DNA from: Spirochaetia bacterium
GTDB taxonomy: Bacteria > Spirochaetota > Spirochaetia > SZUA-6 > Bin103
Direction of reading: 5' to 3'
DNA length: 64,000 nt
Assembly: GCA_965208575.1 (NCBI GenBank)
Contig: CBDBOV010000004.1
Span: 352,001 to 416,000 of the forward strand
A program made the position numbers and the translations under genes. Of the stretch, positions 20,354 to 30,348 are shown piece after piece. The stretch's first letter is position 1; every line of letters begins with the position of its first letter. Below the pieces are notes generated by a model. It made no database searches and was not told the origin of the DNA. It saw only the letters and a program-made list of their open reading frames with translations.

Positions 20354-20704
20354 CTATCGGACTGGGTGTGGACTCGGAGCGGGGGTGACCGCTTGCTGTT
20401 CGCCGATCGGATCAGCGCCGATCGTTATGCGCAGGTCCATGCCCAGTGCCCGGGTGACTCGCATGACGGTGGCAAACGTCGGGTTCCCGTCTTTCGAGAG
20501 CGCCTTGTAGAGCCCTTGGCGCGTCATGCCGAGTTTACGCGCCAAGCTGCTCATATTGCGGGATCGAGCAATGTTCCCCAGGGCGACACGGATGAGGCTG
20601 CCGTCGCCCGGATCTTCCTCGGTGCATGCTTCGAGATACAGGCGCGCCTCCTCCTCGTTGCCGATGTACTCTGCCGGATCCCATCGGCGGTATGTGCCAC
20701 GCAT
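20354..20704 (-). CDS. Addiction-module antidote (HTH antitoxin, HI1420-like)
   Basis: WDPAEY...YLEA...ALGNIARSRNMSSLARKLGMTRQGLYKALSKDGNPTFATV. Confidence 0.9.
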   Translation of the reverse strand: MRGTYRRWDPAEYIGNEEEARLYLEACTEEDPGDGSLIRVALGNIARSRNMSSLARKLGMTRQGLYKALSKDGNPTFATVMRVTRALGMDLRITIGADPIGEQQAVTPAPSPHPVR

Positions 20705-20706
20705 GA

Positions 20707-21080
20707 TTACCTCCAGTCTTCCGCCAATCGCTTGGCGCGTTTGATTTCTCGCTTCTGGCTGTCCTTGTCGCCGCCGCAGAGCAGCACAACGACCGCCGTG
20801 TCAGCTTGGACGGGCGGCAACTGCGCCCACCGTTCAGCGAGCTTGGCGCAAGCGCCGCGGCCCACTCGGCAGTGGCAACGGCATGCACCAAATACACGCG
20901 ATAGCCCGGCCCATGGTGAATGCGCAACTCTTCGACGCCGTCGCCGACCGCCCTGGAATCACCGAAGTGACCGAAGGCCACGATCTGGTCCAGTCGAGCG
21001 TTGATACGGGCCACCGCGCGGTAGTCGCGTAGTCGGCTGAGCCACCGCTGGAAAACATCGCTCTCGACCACGGTGATCAC
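20707..21080 (-). pseudogene. RelE/HigB-like addiction-module killer toxin (HI1419-like), frameshifted by a 77-bp insertion
   Basis: N-half is FQRWLSRLRD...ELRIHHGPGYRVYLV. The C-half QADTAVVVLLCGGDKDSQKREIKRAKRLAEDWR* lies in another frame after 20807-20883. Confidence 0.85.
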
Positions 21081-21086
21081 AGGTTA

Positions 21087-21115
21087 AGTGTCAACCATGG
21101 GTGTCAGTTTGTCAA
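21087..21115 (-). promoter_or_regulatory. TA promoter with an overlapping imperfect palindromic operator
   Basis: TTGACA-17-GACACT, 6 nt before GTG. tgacacccatggttgaca is about 14/18 palindromic. Confidence 0.55.
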
Positions 21116-21119
21116 GCGG

Positions 21120-24083
21120 TCAACGTTCTTTCAGGTTCGCCAAGGCGGTACGGGCCCGCTCGTGGTCAGGCGCATGTCGCAGCACCTCCCGCAACTGGAG
21201 CGCCGCCTGTTCATACTCTCCCAGCTTGCTATGGACTATCGCCAGAGAATAGCGCGCATCCACATTGCCGGGGTACAGCTCGAGCACCTTCAGCAACTCC
21301 TCGGTGGCCTGCGCATGCTCCCCGCGGGCATAGTGGATCGTGGCCAGGCTGTAGCGCGCCACCGCGGAGGCGGGGTGAAACTCCAGCACGGACCGGAACA
21401 CAGCCTCGGCATCGTCCAACCTGCCGGCCTTGAGCAGGCCCGCCCCTTCAGTGACTGCGGGCTGGGCGCGTTTCTCGGCGTCGGCAAACTGCTTGGCTTG
21501 GGCAAACTCGAGCAGGTTCGCGATCTTGACGTCGTCGGGGGTGAGTGCCTGGGCGTTCTCCAACTCGGCGATCGAGTTGGAGTAGTCGCGCCCGTAATCG
21601 TGTGCAATTGCCCGCAGGACGTGGGTTCTCGCCCGTGAACGATGCTCCAGGGTCGTCCTGATCCGGGTCTCGGCCATTCCCATGTTCACCACGTAGGGCA
21701 GGACCGGCAGGCTCAACTGGGCGAAGATCTGCAGGACTCTCGGTTCCGTCAGGGGAAATCGCCCCTTCTGGACCGGGTTGTAGTAGGCCAGGTAGGGCCG
21801 GTTGTCGGTACTCACCAGGGAATCGGCAACGTATCCGCTCAGTCTGCTCTCATCGGTAATGAAGCTGCCCAGAACCGTGAATACGTCCTCCAGACCCACT
21901 TCCGCGAGGCTCTCCCGGACCGGCGGGTACGCCAGTTCCTCCTGCAGCAGCTCGTAATCGATCTTGAGCTTCTGTTTCGAGCCGACCAGCAGGGCATGTC
22001 GAGTGGGCTGGGTACTCGCGTACCACACGGTTACGTGCGGGAAGGCCGAGTACAACGTGTTGATCAGAATCTTGAAGGTTTCCTCCGACATGCCATACAT
22101 CGGAAGCCAAACCGAGAATACGCCATCCTCGGACAACCGCTCCCTGGCCAGCTCGAAGTACTCCCGGGAGAACACGTTGGCGTTCTGCTCCGGATGGATC
22201 GTGTCGCTCTCGATGACGTCATATTCCTCCTGCGTAGCCAGGAGATAATTCCTGGCATCATCGATTCTGATCCGCACCTTGGGCTCGTTGAGTATGTCTC
22301 GATTCAGCTCGCGGAAGTAGCGCAGGGCGTCAACTTCGGCAGCGACGATCTCCAGAATATCGAGCCGGTTGATGCGGTGGCGCGTGGCCGCGTAGGATGA
22401 TGCCCCGGTACCCATGCCCAGCAGGAACACGTTGTCCGGATCCTTGCCGGTGGAGGCCTTGTACAGCAGTACCGGCAAGTGCCCCTGCAGCTTCTGCGAC
22501 AGGCGCAGCATCGGCATCGTGCCCGCCACGTTCACGCCATCCACCTCCAACAGCTTGTAGACCTGCTGGTCGGCGGGGTCGGGCGGCAGTTGATGTACGG
22601 TGACCGTAGCGCCGATGCCTTCGTCGTAGAACAGTACCTTGCCGCCCTGTTCGAGATCGCGAAATGGGCGACTGTACAGGCCCAACGGCCTGTCGGTGGG
22701 GACCGCTGCAGCGGCAACCGGGATGATGACCGCGATCGCCGCGACCACGGCCCACTTTGCGGAGCGTCTCATGGACGGGTGTGCAAGCAGTAGGACGATG
22801 CCCAGAACCAGGTTGAGCGACGCCACCAGGATGATACCGTTGGTGATGCCGAGCAACGGAATCATGACGAACCCGGCGGCGATCGACCCCAGGACACTGC
22901 CGACGGTGTTTACCGAGTAGACGTTGCTTACGTACCTGCCCAACCGCTCCCGGTTCTGGCTGTAGATCTTGCTGGCCAGCGGAAACGCAATGCCCATCAG
23001 CAAGGTCGGGATGAACATGATGAGAAACGCGCCGGCATACCGGGCAACCACGAACATCTGCCAGCTCGGTACCCGGTCGGTAAGACTCACCATCAGGTCG
23101 TCCAGCGCCCGGAACTCCCAGATCGACAGGATGGCAAACAACCCGATCAGCACTTCGATGAACGCGAGCCAGCCGAGCTGCCGGTTCCACTTGTCTATGA
23201 GCCTGCCAAAGACGAGGCTGCCCAGCGCTATCCCCAGCAAGAAGCTGGTCAACATTATCGTGAACGCGTAGGTCGTGGAGTGCACGTAGAACACCAGCAC
23301 CCTGGTCCACAGCACCTCGTACGCCAGTGCGCAGAGTCCCGACAACCCGTACACGCCCAGGATGACGAAGTACACGTAGCGGGGATACCGCGGCCGGTCT
23401 GGTGGTCGACTATCGGCGCTCTTGGTGCTTTGCCTGTGTTCCTGATGTTGCAGGGGAGCAAGCCTGCTCAAGCCGAATGCGGCGGCCGCCAGCAGGATGT
23501 TGACCGCCGCGGCGATATAGGTGGTCTCTTTCGCTCCGAACAGGATGATGAAGAAGAACCCGGCGGAGAAGGTGCCGGCCACCGCCCCCAGGGTGTTGGT
23601 GCCGTAGAGGCTGCCTATCCCGGAACCCAACCGGCCAAACTCGCGGACGAACAGCTTGCTCAGAACCGGCAGCGTGCCGCCCATCAGAAATGAAGGAATG
23701 ACCAGGATCAGGAACGAGAGGATGAACCGCAGCAGGCTGAACAGGTAGAAGGTGGCGTCGAAGCGCTGATAGATGGCGACATAGACGGCGGTAACTCCCG
23801 ACAGGATAACGGGAAACAGCAGCGCAAACACGCCGATACCGGCCTCCAGGTACGCGTAGACCTTGAGCGGCTCTCGGTAGCGGTCGGCAAACCGGCCGAA
23901 GCAGAAACTGCCGAGCGCCAATCCGGACATGAAGGATGCCAGGATCGTGGCCGTGGCGAACGCGGTGCTGCCGAACACGAGCACCAGCATCTTGTGCCAG
24001 ACGACTTCATAGACCAGTCCGGTGGCGCCGGAGAGGAAGAACAGGACCAGGACCGCGGCCTGGAACGTACCCCGGCGCCTCAC
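21120..24083 (-). CDS. Fused MFS-like membrane domain / spermidine synthase-like SAM-binding domain with C-terminal TPRs
   Basis: FFLSGATGLVYEVVW repeated twice, LGMGTG, DDARNYL, YDVIESD, FSREYF, then TPR helices. Confidence 0.9.
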   Translation of the reverse strand: MRRRGTFQAAVLVLFFLSGATGLVYEVVWHKMLVLVFGSTAFATATILASFMSGLALGSFCFGRFADRYREPLKVYAYLEAGIGVFALLFPVILSGVTAVYVAIYQRFDATFYLFSLLRFILSFLILVIPSFLMGGTLPVLSKLFVREFGRLGSGIGSLYGTNTLGAVAGTFSAGFFFIILFGAKETTYIAAAVNILLAAAAFGLSRLAPLQHQEHRQSTKSADSRPPDRPRYPRYVYFVILGVYGLSGLCALAYEVLWTRVLVFYVHSTTYAFTIMLTSFLLGIALGSLVFGRLIDKWNRQLGWLAFIEVLIGLFAILSIWEFRALDDLMVSLTDRVPSWQMFVVARYAGAFLIMFIPTLLMGIAFPLASKIYSQNRERLGRYVSNVYSVNTVGSVLGSIAAGFVMIPLLGITNGIILVASLNLVLGIVLLLAHPSMRRSAKWAVVAAIAVIIPVAAAAVPTDRPLGLYSRPFRDLEQGGKVLFYDEGIGATVTVHQLPPDPADQQVYKLLEVDGVNVAGTMPMLRLSQKLQGHLPVLLYKASTGKDPDNVFLLGMGTGASSYAATRHRINRLDILEIVAAEVDALRYFRELNRDILNEPKVRIRIDDARNYLLATQEEYDVIESDTIHPEQNANVFSREYFELARERLSEDGVFSVWLPMYGMSEETFKILINTLYSAFPHVTVWYASTQPTRHALLVGSKQKLKIDYELLQEELAYPPVRESLAEVGLEDVFTVLGSFITDESRLSGYVADSLVSTDNRPYLAYYNPVQKGRFPLTEPRVLQIFAQLSLPVLPYVVNMGMAETRIRTTLEHRSRARTHVLRAIAHDYGRDYSNSIAELENAQALTPDDVKIANLLEFAQAKQFADAEKRAQPAVTEGAGLLKAGRLDDAEAVFRSVLEFHPASAVARYSLATIHYARGEHAQATEELLKVLELYPGNVDARYSLAIVHSKLGEYEQAALQLREVLRHAPDHERARTALANLKER

Positions 24084-24118
24084 GGGCCCACTATCACCTA
24101 CCGGTCAGAGCGCGGCAA

Positions 24119-25015
24119 TCAGCGCCCGCCGCCCCGGAGCCGCGGATCGAGCAGGTCGCGGACGGCGTCGCCGAACATGTTCAGACTGTAGATGGTGACG
24201 GTCAGGCACAGACCAGGCCACAGCGCCAGCCGCGGCGCCAGCTCCATGTACTTGCGCCCGTCCCGGCTGAGCATGCCTCCCCAGTCGGGAATGTTGGGCG
24301 GCAGGCCGTAGCCGAGGAAGCCCAGCGAGGCCAGCGCCATGATCACGCCGCCGATGCTGGTGCTGAACGAAATGATGATGACCGGCATGATATTGGGCAC
24401 GACATGCCGTATGAGAGACCGCCATCTCGGCGAGCCGATCGCTTCCGCCACGTCGAAGTAGACGTTCTCCTTGATACCGATGACCGCGCCCCTGATTACC
24501 CGGGCGCCGCCGATGCCTCCCGATATCCCCATCACCAGTATGATCTGCAGGAGCCCCTTGCCCACGATGGCCATCATCGTCAGCAGCAGAAGCAACCCGG
24601 GAAAGGCGTTCCAGGCATCGACGAATCTCTGCACGGTCAGGTCCAGCTTGCCGCCGACGAATCCCGATACGCCGCCGATCAGGGTACTGACCACGATGCT
24701 GATGGTGGTCACGGCCAGCCCGACAAGCACGGAGATGCGGGCCCCGAAAATGAGGCGGCTGAGCAGGTCCCGTCCGGCCTGGTCGGTGCCCAGCAGGTAG
24801 TTGGCCGATGGGCCCTGAAGCCGGTCTATCAGGTGTATTTCGTTATATGGGTAGGGGGAAACGTAACCGCCGAAGACCGCCACCAGGAGCAGCAGCAGGA
24901 TGACCACTCCGCTGGCAAAACCGAGCGGCTTCTCCTTGACCAGCCTGACGAAGAAACTGGCCACCGCGCTCCGTCTCCTCGGCGCACGCACGTCGGCGGA
25001 TTGCACCTGTGGCAT
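24119..25015 (-). CDS. Peptide/nickel ABC permease, DppC type (module 1)
   Basis: LGTDQAGRDLLSRLIFGARIS, RHVVPN, PDWGGML. Confidence 0.93.
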   Translation of the reverse strand: MPQVQSADVRAPRRRSAVASFFVRLVKEKPLGFASGVVILLLLLVAVFGGYVSPYPYNEIHLIDRLQGPSANYLLGTDQAGRDLLSRLIFGARISVLVGLAVTTISIVVSTLIGGVSGFVGGKLDLTVQRFVDAWNAFPGLLLLLTMMAIVGKGLLQIILVMGISGGIGGARVIRGAVIGIKENVYFDVAEAIGSPRWRSLIRHVVPNIMPVIIISFSTSIGGVIMALASLGFLGYGLPPNIPDWGGMLSRDGRKYMELAPRLALWPGLCLTVTIYSLNMFGDAVRDLLDPRLRGGGR

Positions 25016-25971
25016 CACTGGTAGCGAATCCGCGGATCAAAGTAGGGATAGAGCATGTCGATGAGGAGGGCGCTCAGCAGCACCGCGGAAGCCAGAATCA
25101 GGTTTATGGCGGAGACGACCGGGTAGTCTCTGAAATCGAGGGCCTCGATGAACAGACGGCCTATCCCCGGCAGCACGAATATCTCCTCCAGGATGACCGA
25201 CCCACCGATCAGCAGCGGGAGCTGCATGCCGATCAGGGTAAGCACCGGGATGAACGCGTTCTTGGTGGCGTGTCTGATGATGACCACTCTCTCCTTGAGG
25301 CCCTTCGACCAAGCCGTCCTGATGTAGTCCTGCCGGAGCACCTCCAGCATCATGGTGCGCGTCATCCGCATGGTGGCGGCCGACATGGCCGTGCCCAGAA
25401 TCAACGCCGGGATGAAGAACATCCCGAGATTTCCCAACGGGTCTTGCTTGAACTTGATCAACTCCACCGGCGGCGACCAGCCCCACCAGATTGCCGGGTA
25501 CAGCATGACCATCATGCCCAGCCAGAAGTTCGGGGTCGCCATGCCGATGACGGCCGCGGTACGCCCCACGTAGTCGGCGGCGGTATCCTGGCGGACCGCC
25601 GAATAGACGCCGACCGGCAGCGCGATGACGAGACCGATTACGATTGCCATGACACCAAGCTGAATGGATACCGGCAACCTCCCCGCGATCCGCTCCCCTA
25701 TCGGCCAACCACCGAACAGCGATTCGCCAAAGCTGCCGCGCAGGAGAATATCTCCTATCCAGCGTCCATACTGCACGTGGACGGGGACGTCCAATCCCAT
25801 CATCTGCCGGACAAGGTCCTCGTCGATTACTCCCCCTTCCCACCACATCGCGTCCGCTATCAGGTCTACGATATCGCCCGGGATGAAGCGCACGGCGAGG
25901 AAGACAATCGCGGTCAATATGAACATGGTGGGAATCAGGAGGAGCAACCGCCTGATCAGATAGGCTCTCAT
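25015..25971 (-). CDS. Peptide/nickel ABC permease, DppB type (module 1)
   Basis: MRAYLIRRLL, RMTRTMMLEVLRQDYIRTAWSKGL, RDYPVV. Confidence 0.93.
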   Translation of the reverse strand: MRAYLIRRLLLLIPTMFILTAIVFLAVRFIPGDIVDLIADAMWWEGGVIDEDLVRQMMGLDVPVHVQYGRWIGDILLRGSFGESLFGGWPIGERIAGRLPVSIQLGVMAIVIGLVIALPVGVYSAVRQDTAADYVGRTAAVIGMATPNFWLGMMVMLYPAIWWGWSPPVELIKFKQDPLGNLGMFFIPALILGTAMSAATMRMTRTMMLEVLRQDYIRTAWSKGLKERVVIIRHATKNAFIPVLTLIGMQLPLLIGGSVILEEIFVLPGIGRLFIEALDFRDYPVVSAINLILASAVLLSALLIDMLYPYFDPRIRYQ

Positions 25972-25988
25972 GTGACACGCCTCGAGCA

Positions 25989-26032
25989 CGGAGCCGGGAA
26001 GCGTGCGTGCAAGCGACCGCCTCCCAGCTCCG
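25989..26032 (-). terminator. Intercistronic stem-loop after SBP gene 1
   Basis: cggagccggga...tcccagctccg, homologous to 42257-42300. Confidence 0.55.
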
Positions 26033-26045
26033 CAGCAGTAAACTA

Positions 26046-27848
26046 CTAATTCCCCGTCGACGCCTCCTTCAGTTCACTGTCGATCCAGAGGCGAGCGAAG
26101 AACGAATTACGTTCACCGAGTCCCATACTTGATTCACCGGAGAAGCTCTGCACCCACGGCTGATTCACGCTGAACCTGGGGGAGATCGATTTTACCAGGC
26201 CGAAGTGCTCCCGTACGGTGATCTCATCGGCTTCTCTGATAATACTCTGAAGCTCCTCGAGCTCGATGCTGGCCATGGCGGCGTCGTGCAGCTCCTTCAG
26301 ACGCGTGCACTGTGCCTTGGTGTAGCTGAAGTCATTGAGATTCTGGCACACGGAATCGATAATGTTTTGCCGTAGGAAATTTCCATATCCGCCACTCAGA
26401 AGCTCCCACTCAGCCGTCTCGGCCCGGTTCCGAGCTCCTGACTCAGCGGTAGTCTGCACGACCAGCTCGCCGGCCACGCCGATGGCTTCGAAGTACCCGA
26501 TGATCAGCTCGGGATGGGTCGGTTCGAACCGGTCGTGCAGGGCCAGCTTGACCTTGAACCTGATGCCGTCGGCGCCGCGCGGATACCCGGCCTGATCGAG
26601 CAGCGCTTCGGCGTCTTCCGGCCGATACTCGTACTCACGTTTCACATCTTCCGGCCACTCTTCATATGGCCAGGCCGAACCGGTCTGAGACTGCAGCAAC
26701 AAACCATACGGTGCCGGTCTTCCATGACCCCTGAAGTAGGTTTCGGAGATCGTCTCGCGGTCCACTGCCATCTGCAGTGCCTTGCGTACTAAGACGTCGT
26801 CGGTAGGCGACATCGCATGGTTGAACAGGAAAATGCCGTCCGGTCCCCGATACAGAGACCAGACTTCGATTTCGGGGTTGGTTCTCTGCAGCGTCTCCAG
26901 ATCGTCGATGGAGTAAATGGCGGCATCTCCGGTGTTGCTCATGATGTCGACCTTCGCCGTGCGCAGGGCCGCCAGACGCGTCGACATGTCCGGCATGAGG
27001 AGGGCTCGGTAGGTGTCGATGTAGGGCAGGCGGTTGTCCGGAAACTTCTCGTCGAAGCCCCAGTAGTTGGGGTTCTTCTCCCAGGTCGCGGAACTGCCCT
27101 CCACGTAATCGACCAGCATCAAGGGTCCGGTGCCGACCAGGGTCTTCCAGTCCTTGGCGTCGCCGTATTTCTCGACCTGCTCGGGGGCGTGCACGTAATA
27201 GTAGTTGCGCAGCATTTTCCCCAACACGTCGTATCCAGGCTTCGCCAGCTTGATCTCGACCGTCCAGTCGTCGGTGGCCGTTACCGATTCGATGTCCACA
27301 CCCATGGTGATCGCGCTGACCGCGGCGTTCGGGCCGTCCTCGGTGAAGTCGCCCATGCCGAGATAGCGGTGATAGTTCCACACGATGTCATGGGCATCGA
27401 GCTGCCGACCGTTCATCGGCTCCTTGTCATGCCAGTGAACGCCCTGACGGATGTTCCAGATGAACGTCAGGTCATCGGGCATCGACCAGCTTTCCGCCAG
27501 ATTTCCCTTGGAGACCTCGGGCCGGTCACTCTGAGTACCATCCCAGATGTCCCTGCTCACCGCCCAGTTGATGTGGGTCATCTTCTCGGAAACGCCACTG
27601 ATGAAGTGCATCGCCCAGCCGAGATTCCACCAGTTGTCGGGACTCGGAGGAAACACCGTGGTGGGCCAGGTGAGGGTCCCGCCATACTCGGGCGCGGTCA
27701 GCATCCTGCCGGTGGACGGGTCGAGCACCATCTCCTTGTCGGTCGCGGCTGCCGACCCCTCCTCCGCGCCGCTTGCCCAGACGCCGGTTGCGCTCAGAAT
27801 CAGGACCAGCGCAACCGCGAAGGTCATTCGAGTCATCGCAATATTCAT
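26046..27848 (-). CDS. Family 5 ABC substrate-binding protein (module 1)
   Basis: Signal peptide, PEYGGTL, LAESW, IRQGVHWH, VGTGP, VRKALQMAVDR. Confidence 0.92.
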   Translation of the reverse strand: MNIAMTRMTFAVALVLILSATGVWASGAEEGSAAATDKEMVLDPSTGRMLTAPEYGGTLTWPTTVFPPSPDNWWNLGWAMHFISGVSEKMTHINWAVSRDIWDGTQSDRPEVSKGNLAESWSMPDDLTFIWNIRQGVHWHDKEPMNGRQLDAHDIVWNYHRYLGMGDFTEDGPNAAVSAITMGVDIESVTATDDWTVEIKLAKPGYDVLGKMLRNYYYVHAPEQVEKYGDAKDWKTLVGTGPLMLVDYVEGSSATWEKNPNYWGFDEKFPDNRLPYIDTYRALLMPDMSTRLAALRTAKVDIMSNTGDAAIYSIDDLETLQRTNPEIEVWSLYRGPDGIFLFNHAMSPTDDVLVRKALQMAVDRETISETYFRGHGRPAPYGLLLQSQTGSAWPYEEWPEDVKREYEYRPEDAEALLDQAGYPRGADGIRFKVKLALHDRFEPTHPELIIGYFEAIGVAGELVVQTTAESGARNRAETAEWELLSGGYGNFLRQNIIDSVCQNLNDFSYTKAQCTRLKELHDAAMASIELEELQSIIREADEITVREHFGLVKSISPRFSVNQPWVQSFSGESSMGLGERNSFFARLWIDSELKEASTGN

Positions 27849-27870
27849 GCGTTTCTCCGTATGTGGATTG

Positions 27871-27927
27871 TTCGAGAGTATTGCGGAGCGGATTGCCGCT
27901 CACTGGCTGCTCTCGGGCCCGCAACGC
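27871..27927 (-). ncRNA. Candidate structured cis-regulatory leader RNA, copy 1
   Basis: mRNA sense: gttgcg..cgagag..gagcgg-caat-ccgctc-cgcaat-a-ctctcg. Homologous to 44237-44292. Confidence 0.55.
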
Positions 27928-28246
27928 GGACCGCCAGTCTGAGTCAGATTCCGAAAGCGCGCGGCGTGTGACTCACCGGGTTGGCCCGGGCTCACGCCGC
28001 GCGCGCGTGCGGTTCTTTCAGTATCATCCTCACATCCTTCCTGGGCACAGGGTGCCCGGGGCACGGGGTGCCCGCCGGATGCCTGACGCAAGAGGGGATC
28101 CGCGTGTGCGGCGCTCGTCCGGAGCGGTTAGTTGTTTCTCGTATAAAGAGTTGCGGGGGGCGGGGGCGGGCGGGGACACACCGGTCCGTTCAACCGGTGG
28201 CGCCTTCAGGTGCTTACGACAACGTATCGTCCACATCAGCCAGATC

Positions 28247-28375
28247 TCCAGCCAACAGCCACCATAATCCACGCGCGACGAGCTGTCAAGCTCTCTTTCT
28301 CGGGCTGGCCAAGGCTGGAGCACGGCGGGCGGATCGGGTGGCAACCGTCACCCGGCGCGGGGAGGATGGGCGGTA
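28247..28375. repeat. ~129-bp direct repeat, copy A, containing a minus-strand promoter TTGACA-17-TATGGT (28289-28261)
   Basis: Near-identical to 32499-32626. Confidence 0.9.
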
Positions 28376-28402
28376 TCTCGGCGCTCGCCGTTCGTTGCCC
28401 GG

Positions 28403-28450
28403 CTAGCGCCCCGAAATCCCCGCCTGCGGCGGCGCTTCCGGCCCAACCGG
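28403..28450 (+). repeat. 48-bp dispersed repeat (REP/MITE-like), copy A
   Basis: 45/48 identical to the reverse complement of 42308-42355. Confidence 0.85.
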
Positions 28451-28456
28451 CCTACT

Positions 28457-28487
28457 TAGGAGCCTGCCGGAATCCGACAGGCTCCTA
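28457..28487 (-). terminator. Stem-loop at the end of ABC module 2
   Basis: taggagcctg-N11-caggctccta overlapping the dppC stop codon. Confidence 0.6.
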
Positions 28488-29384
28488 GGTCGCGCCGCGC
28501 AACCGCGGGTCGAGAAGGTCGCGCAGGGCGTCGCCGAACATGTTGAGACTGTAAACGGTAATAGTCAGGCAAAGACCAGGCCAAAGAGCCAGCCATGGCC
28601 CCTGTTCCATGTATCTGCGCCCTTCCCTGCTAAGCAGCCCGCCCCACTCAGGAATCTCCAATGGCAGACCGAATCCGAGGAAGCTCAGAGCGGCCACACT
28701 CAGGATTACGCCCCCGATGCTGATGCTGAATGTGATGATTACGATAGGCATAATATTGGGCAGGACATGTCGGATTAGTGTTCTCCCTTTCGAGCTGCCA
28801 ATCGCCGCCGCTGCCTGAAAATAGACATTCTCTTTGACACCAATAACCGCGCCTCTGACTGTTCTTGAGCCGACGATGCCTCCTGTTATCCCCAGGACCA
28901 CTATCATCTGTGGCATGCCCCGCCCCACTATGGACATTACGGTCAACAACAGGAGCAGTCCCGGGAAAGCCATCCAGGCATCGACAAATCTCTGCACCAC
29001 CAGGTCCAGTTTACCGCCAACGAATCCCGAAATGCCGCCTATCAGGACAGCGACCACAACATTGAGAGCGGTCGCCGCCAGACCGACAAGTAACGAAATG
29101 CGAGCTCCGTAGATGAGGCGGCTCAAAAAGTCTCGCCCCAAGTGGTCGGTACCCAGGAGATACTGGGCTGATGAGCCCTGAAGCCTGTCTACTACGTGTT
29201 GTTCCCAATAAGGATAAGGAGCCAGGACATCGGCAAAGATAGCCACAAGAATCAATAGCAATACGATAATCCCGCTGGCAGTACCCATCGGCTTCTCCTT
29301 CCACAGCCTGATGAAGAAATCAGCCAGCCCGGTACGTCTCTTTGGATCGCTTGCTGTTGATGGTATTCCTAGGTCGCTACTCAT
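28485..29384 (-). CDS. Peptide/nickel ABC permease, DppC type (module 2)
   Basis: LGTDHLGRDFLSRLIYGARIS, RHVLPN, PEWGGLL. Confidence 0.93.
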   Translation of the reverse strand: MSSDLGIPSTASDPKRRTGLADFFIRLWKEKPMGTASGIIVLLLILVAIFADVLAPYPYWEQHVVDRLQGSSAQYLLGTDHLGRDFLSRLIYGARISLLVGLAATALNVVVAVLIGGISGFVGGKLDLVVQRFVDAWMAFPGLLLLLTVMSIVGRGMPQMIVVLGITGGIVGSRTVRGAVIGVKENVYFQAAAAIGSSKGRTLIRHVLPNIMPIVIITFSISIGGVILSVAALSFLGFGLPLEIPEWGGLLSREGRRYMEQGPWLALWPGLCLTITVYSLNMFGDALRDLLDPRLRGAT

Positions 29385-29394
29385 ACTCGCTCTT

Positions 29395-30348
29395 CTATTT
29401 ATAACGGACCCTGGGATCCAAAACAGGATACATCAGGTCGATCAATAGATTGATCCCCATAACCATAGTGGCGAAAAACAAGTTTACTCCTGAGACCACC
29501 GGGTAGTCTCTGTCTTCGAGCGCCCCCACCATGAGACGACCGAGCCCCGGCAGGTTGAATATGTTCTCCATGATAACGGAGCCGCCTACCAGGATAGGCA
29601 TCTGCAGGCCGATCAGGGTAACTACCGGGATGAGCGCATTCTTGACGGCGTGTCTGACAATGACGACCCTCTCCTTCAGCCCCTTGGACCAGGCCGTCCT
29701 GATGTAGTCCTGCCTGAGCACCTCCAGCATCATGGTGCGGGTCATCCGCATGGCGGCTGCAGAAAGGTAGGTCCCAAGAATCAAGCTGGGAATTATGAAC
29801 ACGCCGAGATTCCCCAGCGGGTCTTCCGTGAGAGGAACCCACTGCATCGGTGGCGACCAGCCCCACCAGATTGCCGGGTAGAGCATGACCATCAGGGCTA
29901 GCCAGAAGTTAGGCGTTGCCAGGCCGATGATGGCAACCGAGCGCCCCAGGTAATCGGCGGCCGTATCTTGACGAATCGCGGAGTAGATGCCGACGGGCAG
30001 GGCTATCACCAGCCCGATCGCGATCGCCAGGACTCCAAGTTCAATGGTTACCGGCAATCTATCCAATATCTTTTCCTCCACCGAAGAAGCGCCGCCAAAC
30101 AGTGATTTGCCAAGGGTGCCGTGCAGGATAATACCTTCCATCCAGCGTCCGTACTGCACGTACAAAGGCACGTCCAATCCCAGCTCCCGCTCCAGAGCTT
30201 CACGGTCTCCCTCGCCAACCGCGTACTCCATACTCATTAGGTCTATTGCATCGCCGGGGATGAAGCGGACCGAGAGAAAGACCAGTACGGTCAATATAAG
30301 CAAGCTAGGGACTATCAGCAATAAGCGCCTGATGATATAGGCTCTCAT
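29395..30348 (-). CDS. Peptide/nickel ABC permease, DppB type (module 2)
   Basis: MRAYIIRRLL, EVLRQDYIRTAWSKGL, RDYPVV. Confidence 0.93.
   Translation of the reverse strand: MRAYIIRRLLLIVPSLLILTVLVFLSVRFIPGDAIDLMSMEYAVGEGDREALERELGLDVPLYVQYGRWMEGIILHGTLGKSLFGGASSVEEKILDRLPVTIELGVLAIAIGLVIALPVGIYSAIRQDTAADYLGRSVAIIGLATPNFWLALMVMLYPAIWWGWSPPMQWVPLTEDPLGNLGVFIIPSLILGTYLSAAAMRMTRTMMLEVLRQDYIRTAWSKGLKERVVIVRHAVKNALIPVVTLIGLQMPILVGGSVIMENIFNLPGLGRLMVGALEDRDYPVVSGVNLFFATMVMGINLLIDLMYPVLDPRVRYK

Noticed and set aside
27871-27927. Glycine riboswitch or HDV-like ribozyme
   Set aside because: GAGAG/CUCUC is present but there is no CCGAAG or CUCUCAGG core, and no HDV P3/L3 or catalytic J4/2 strand.
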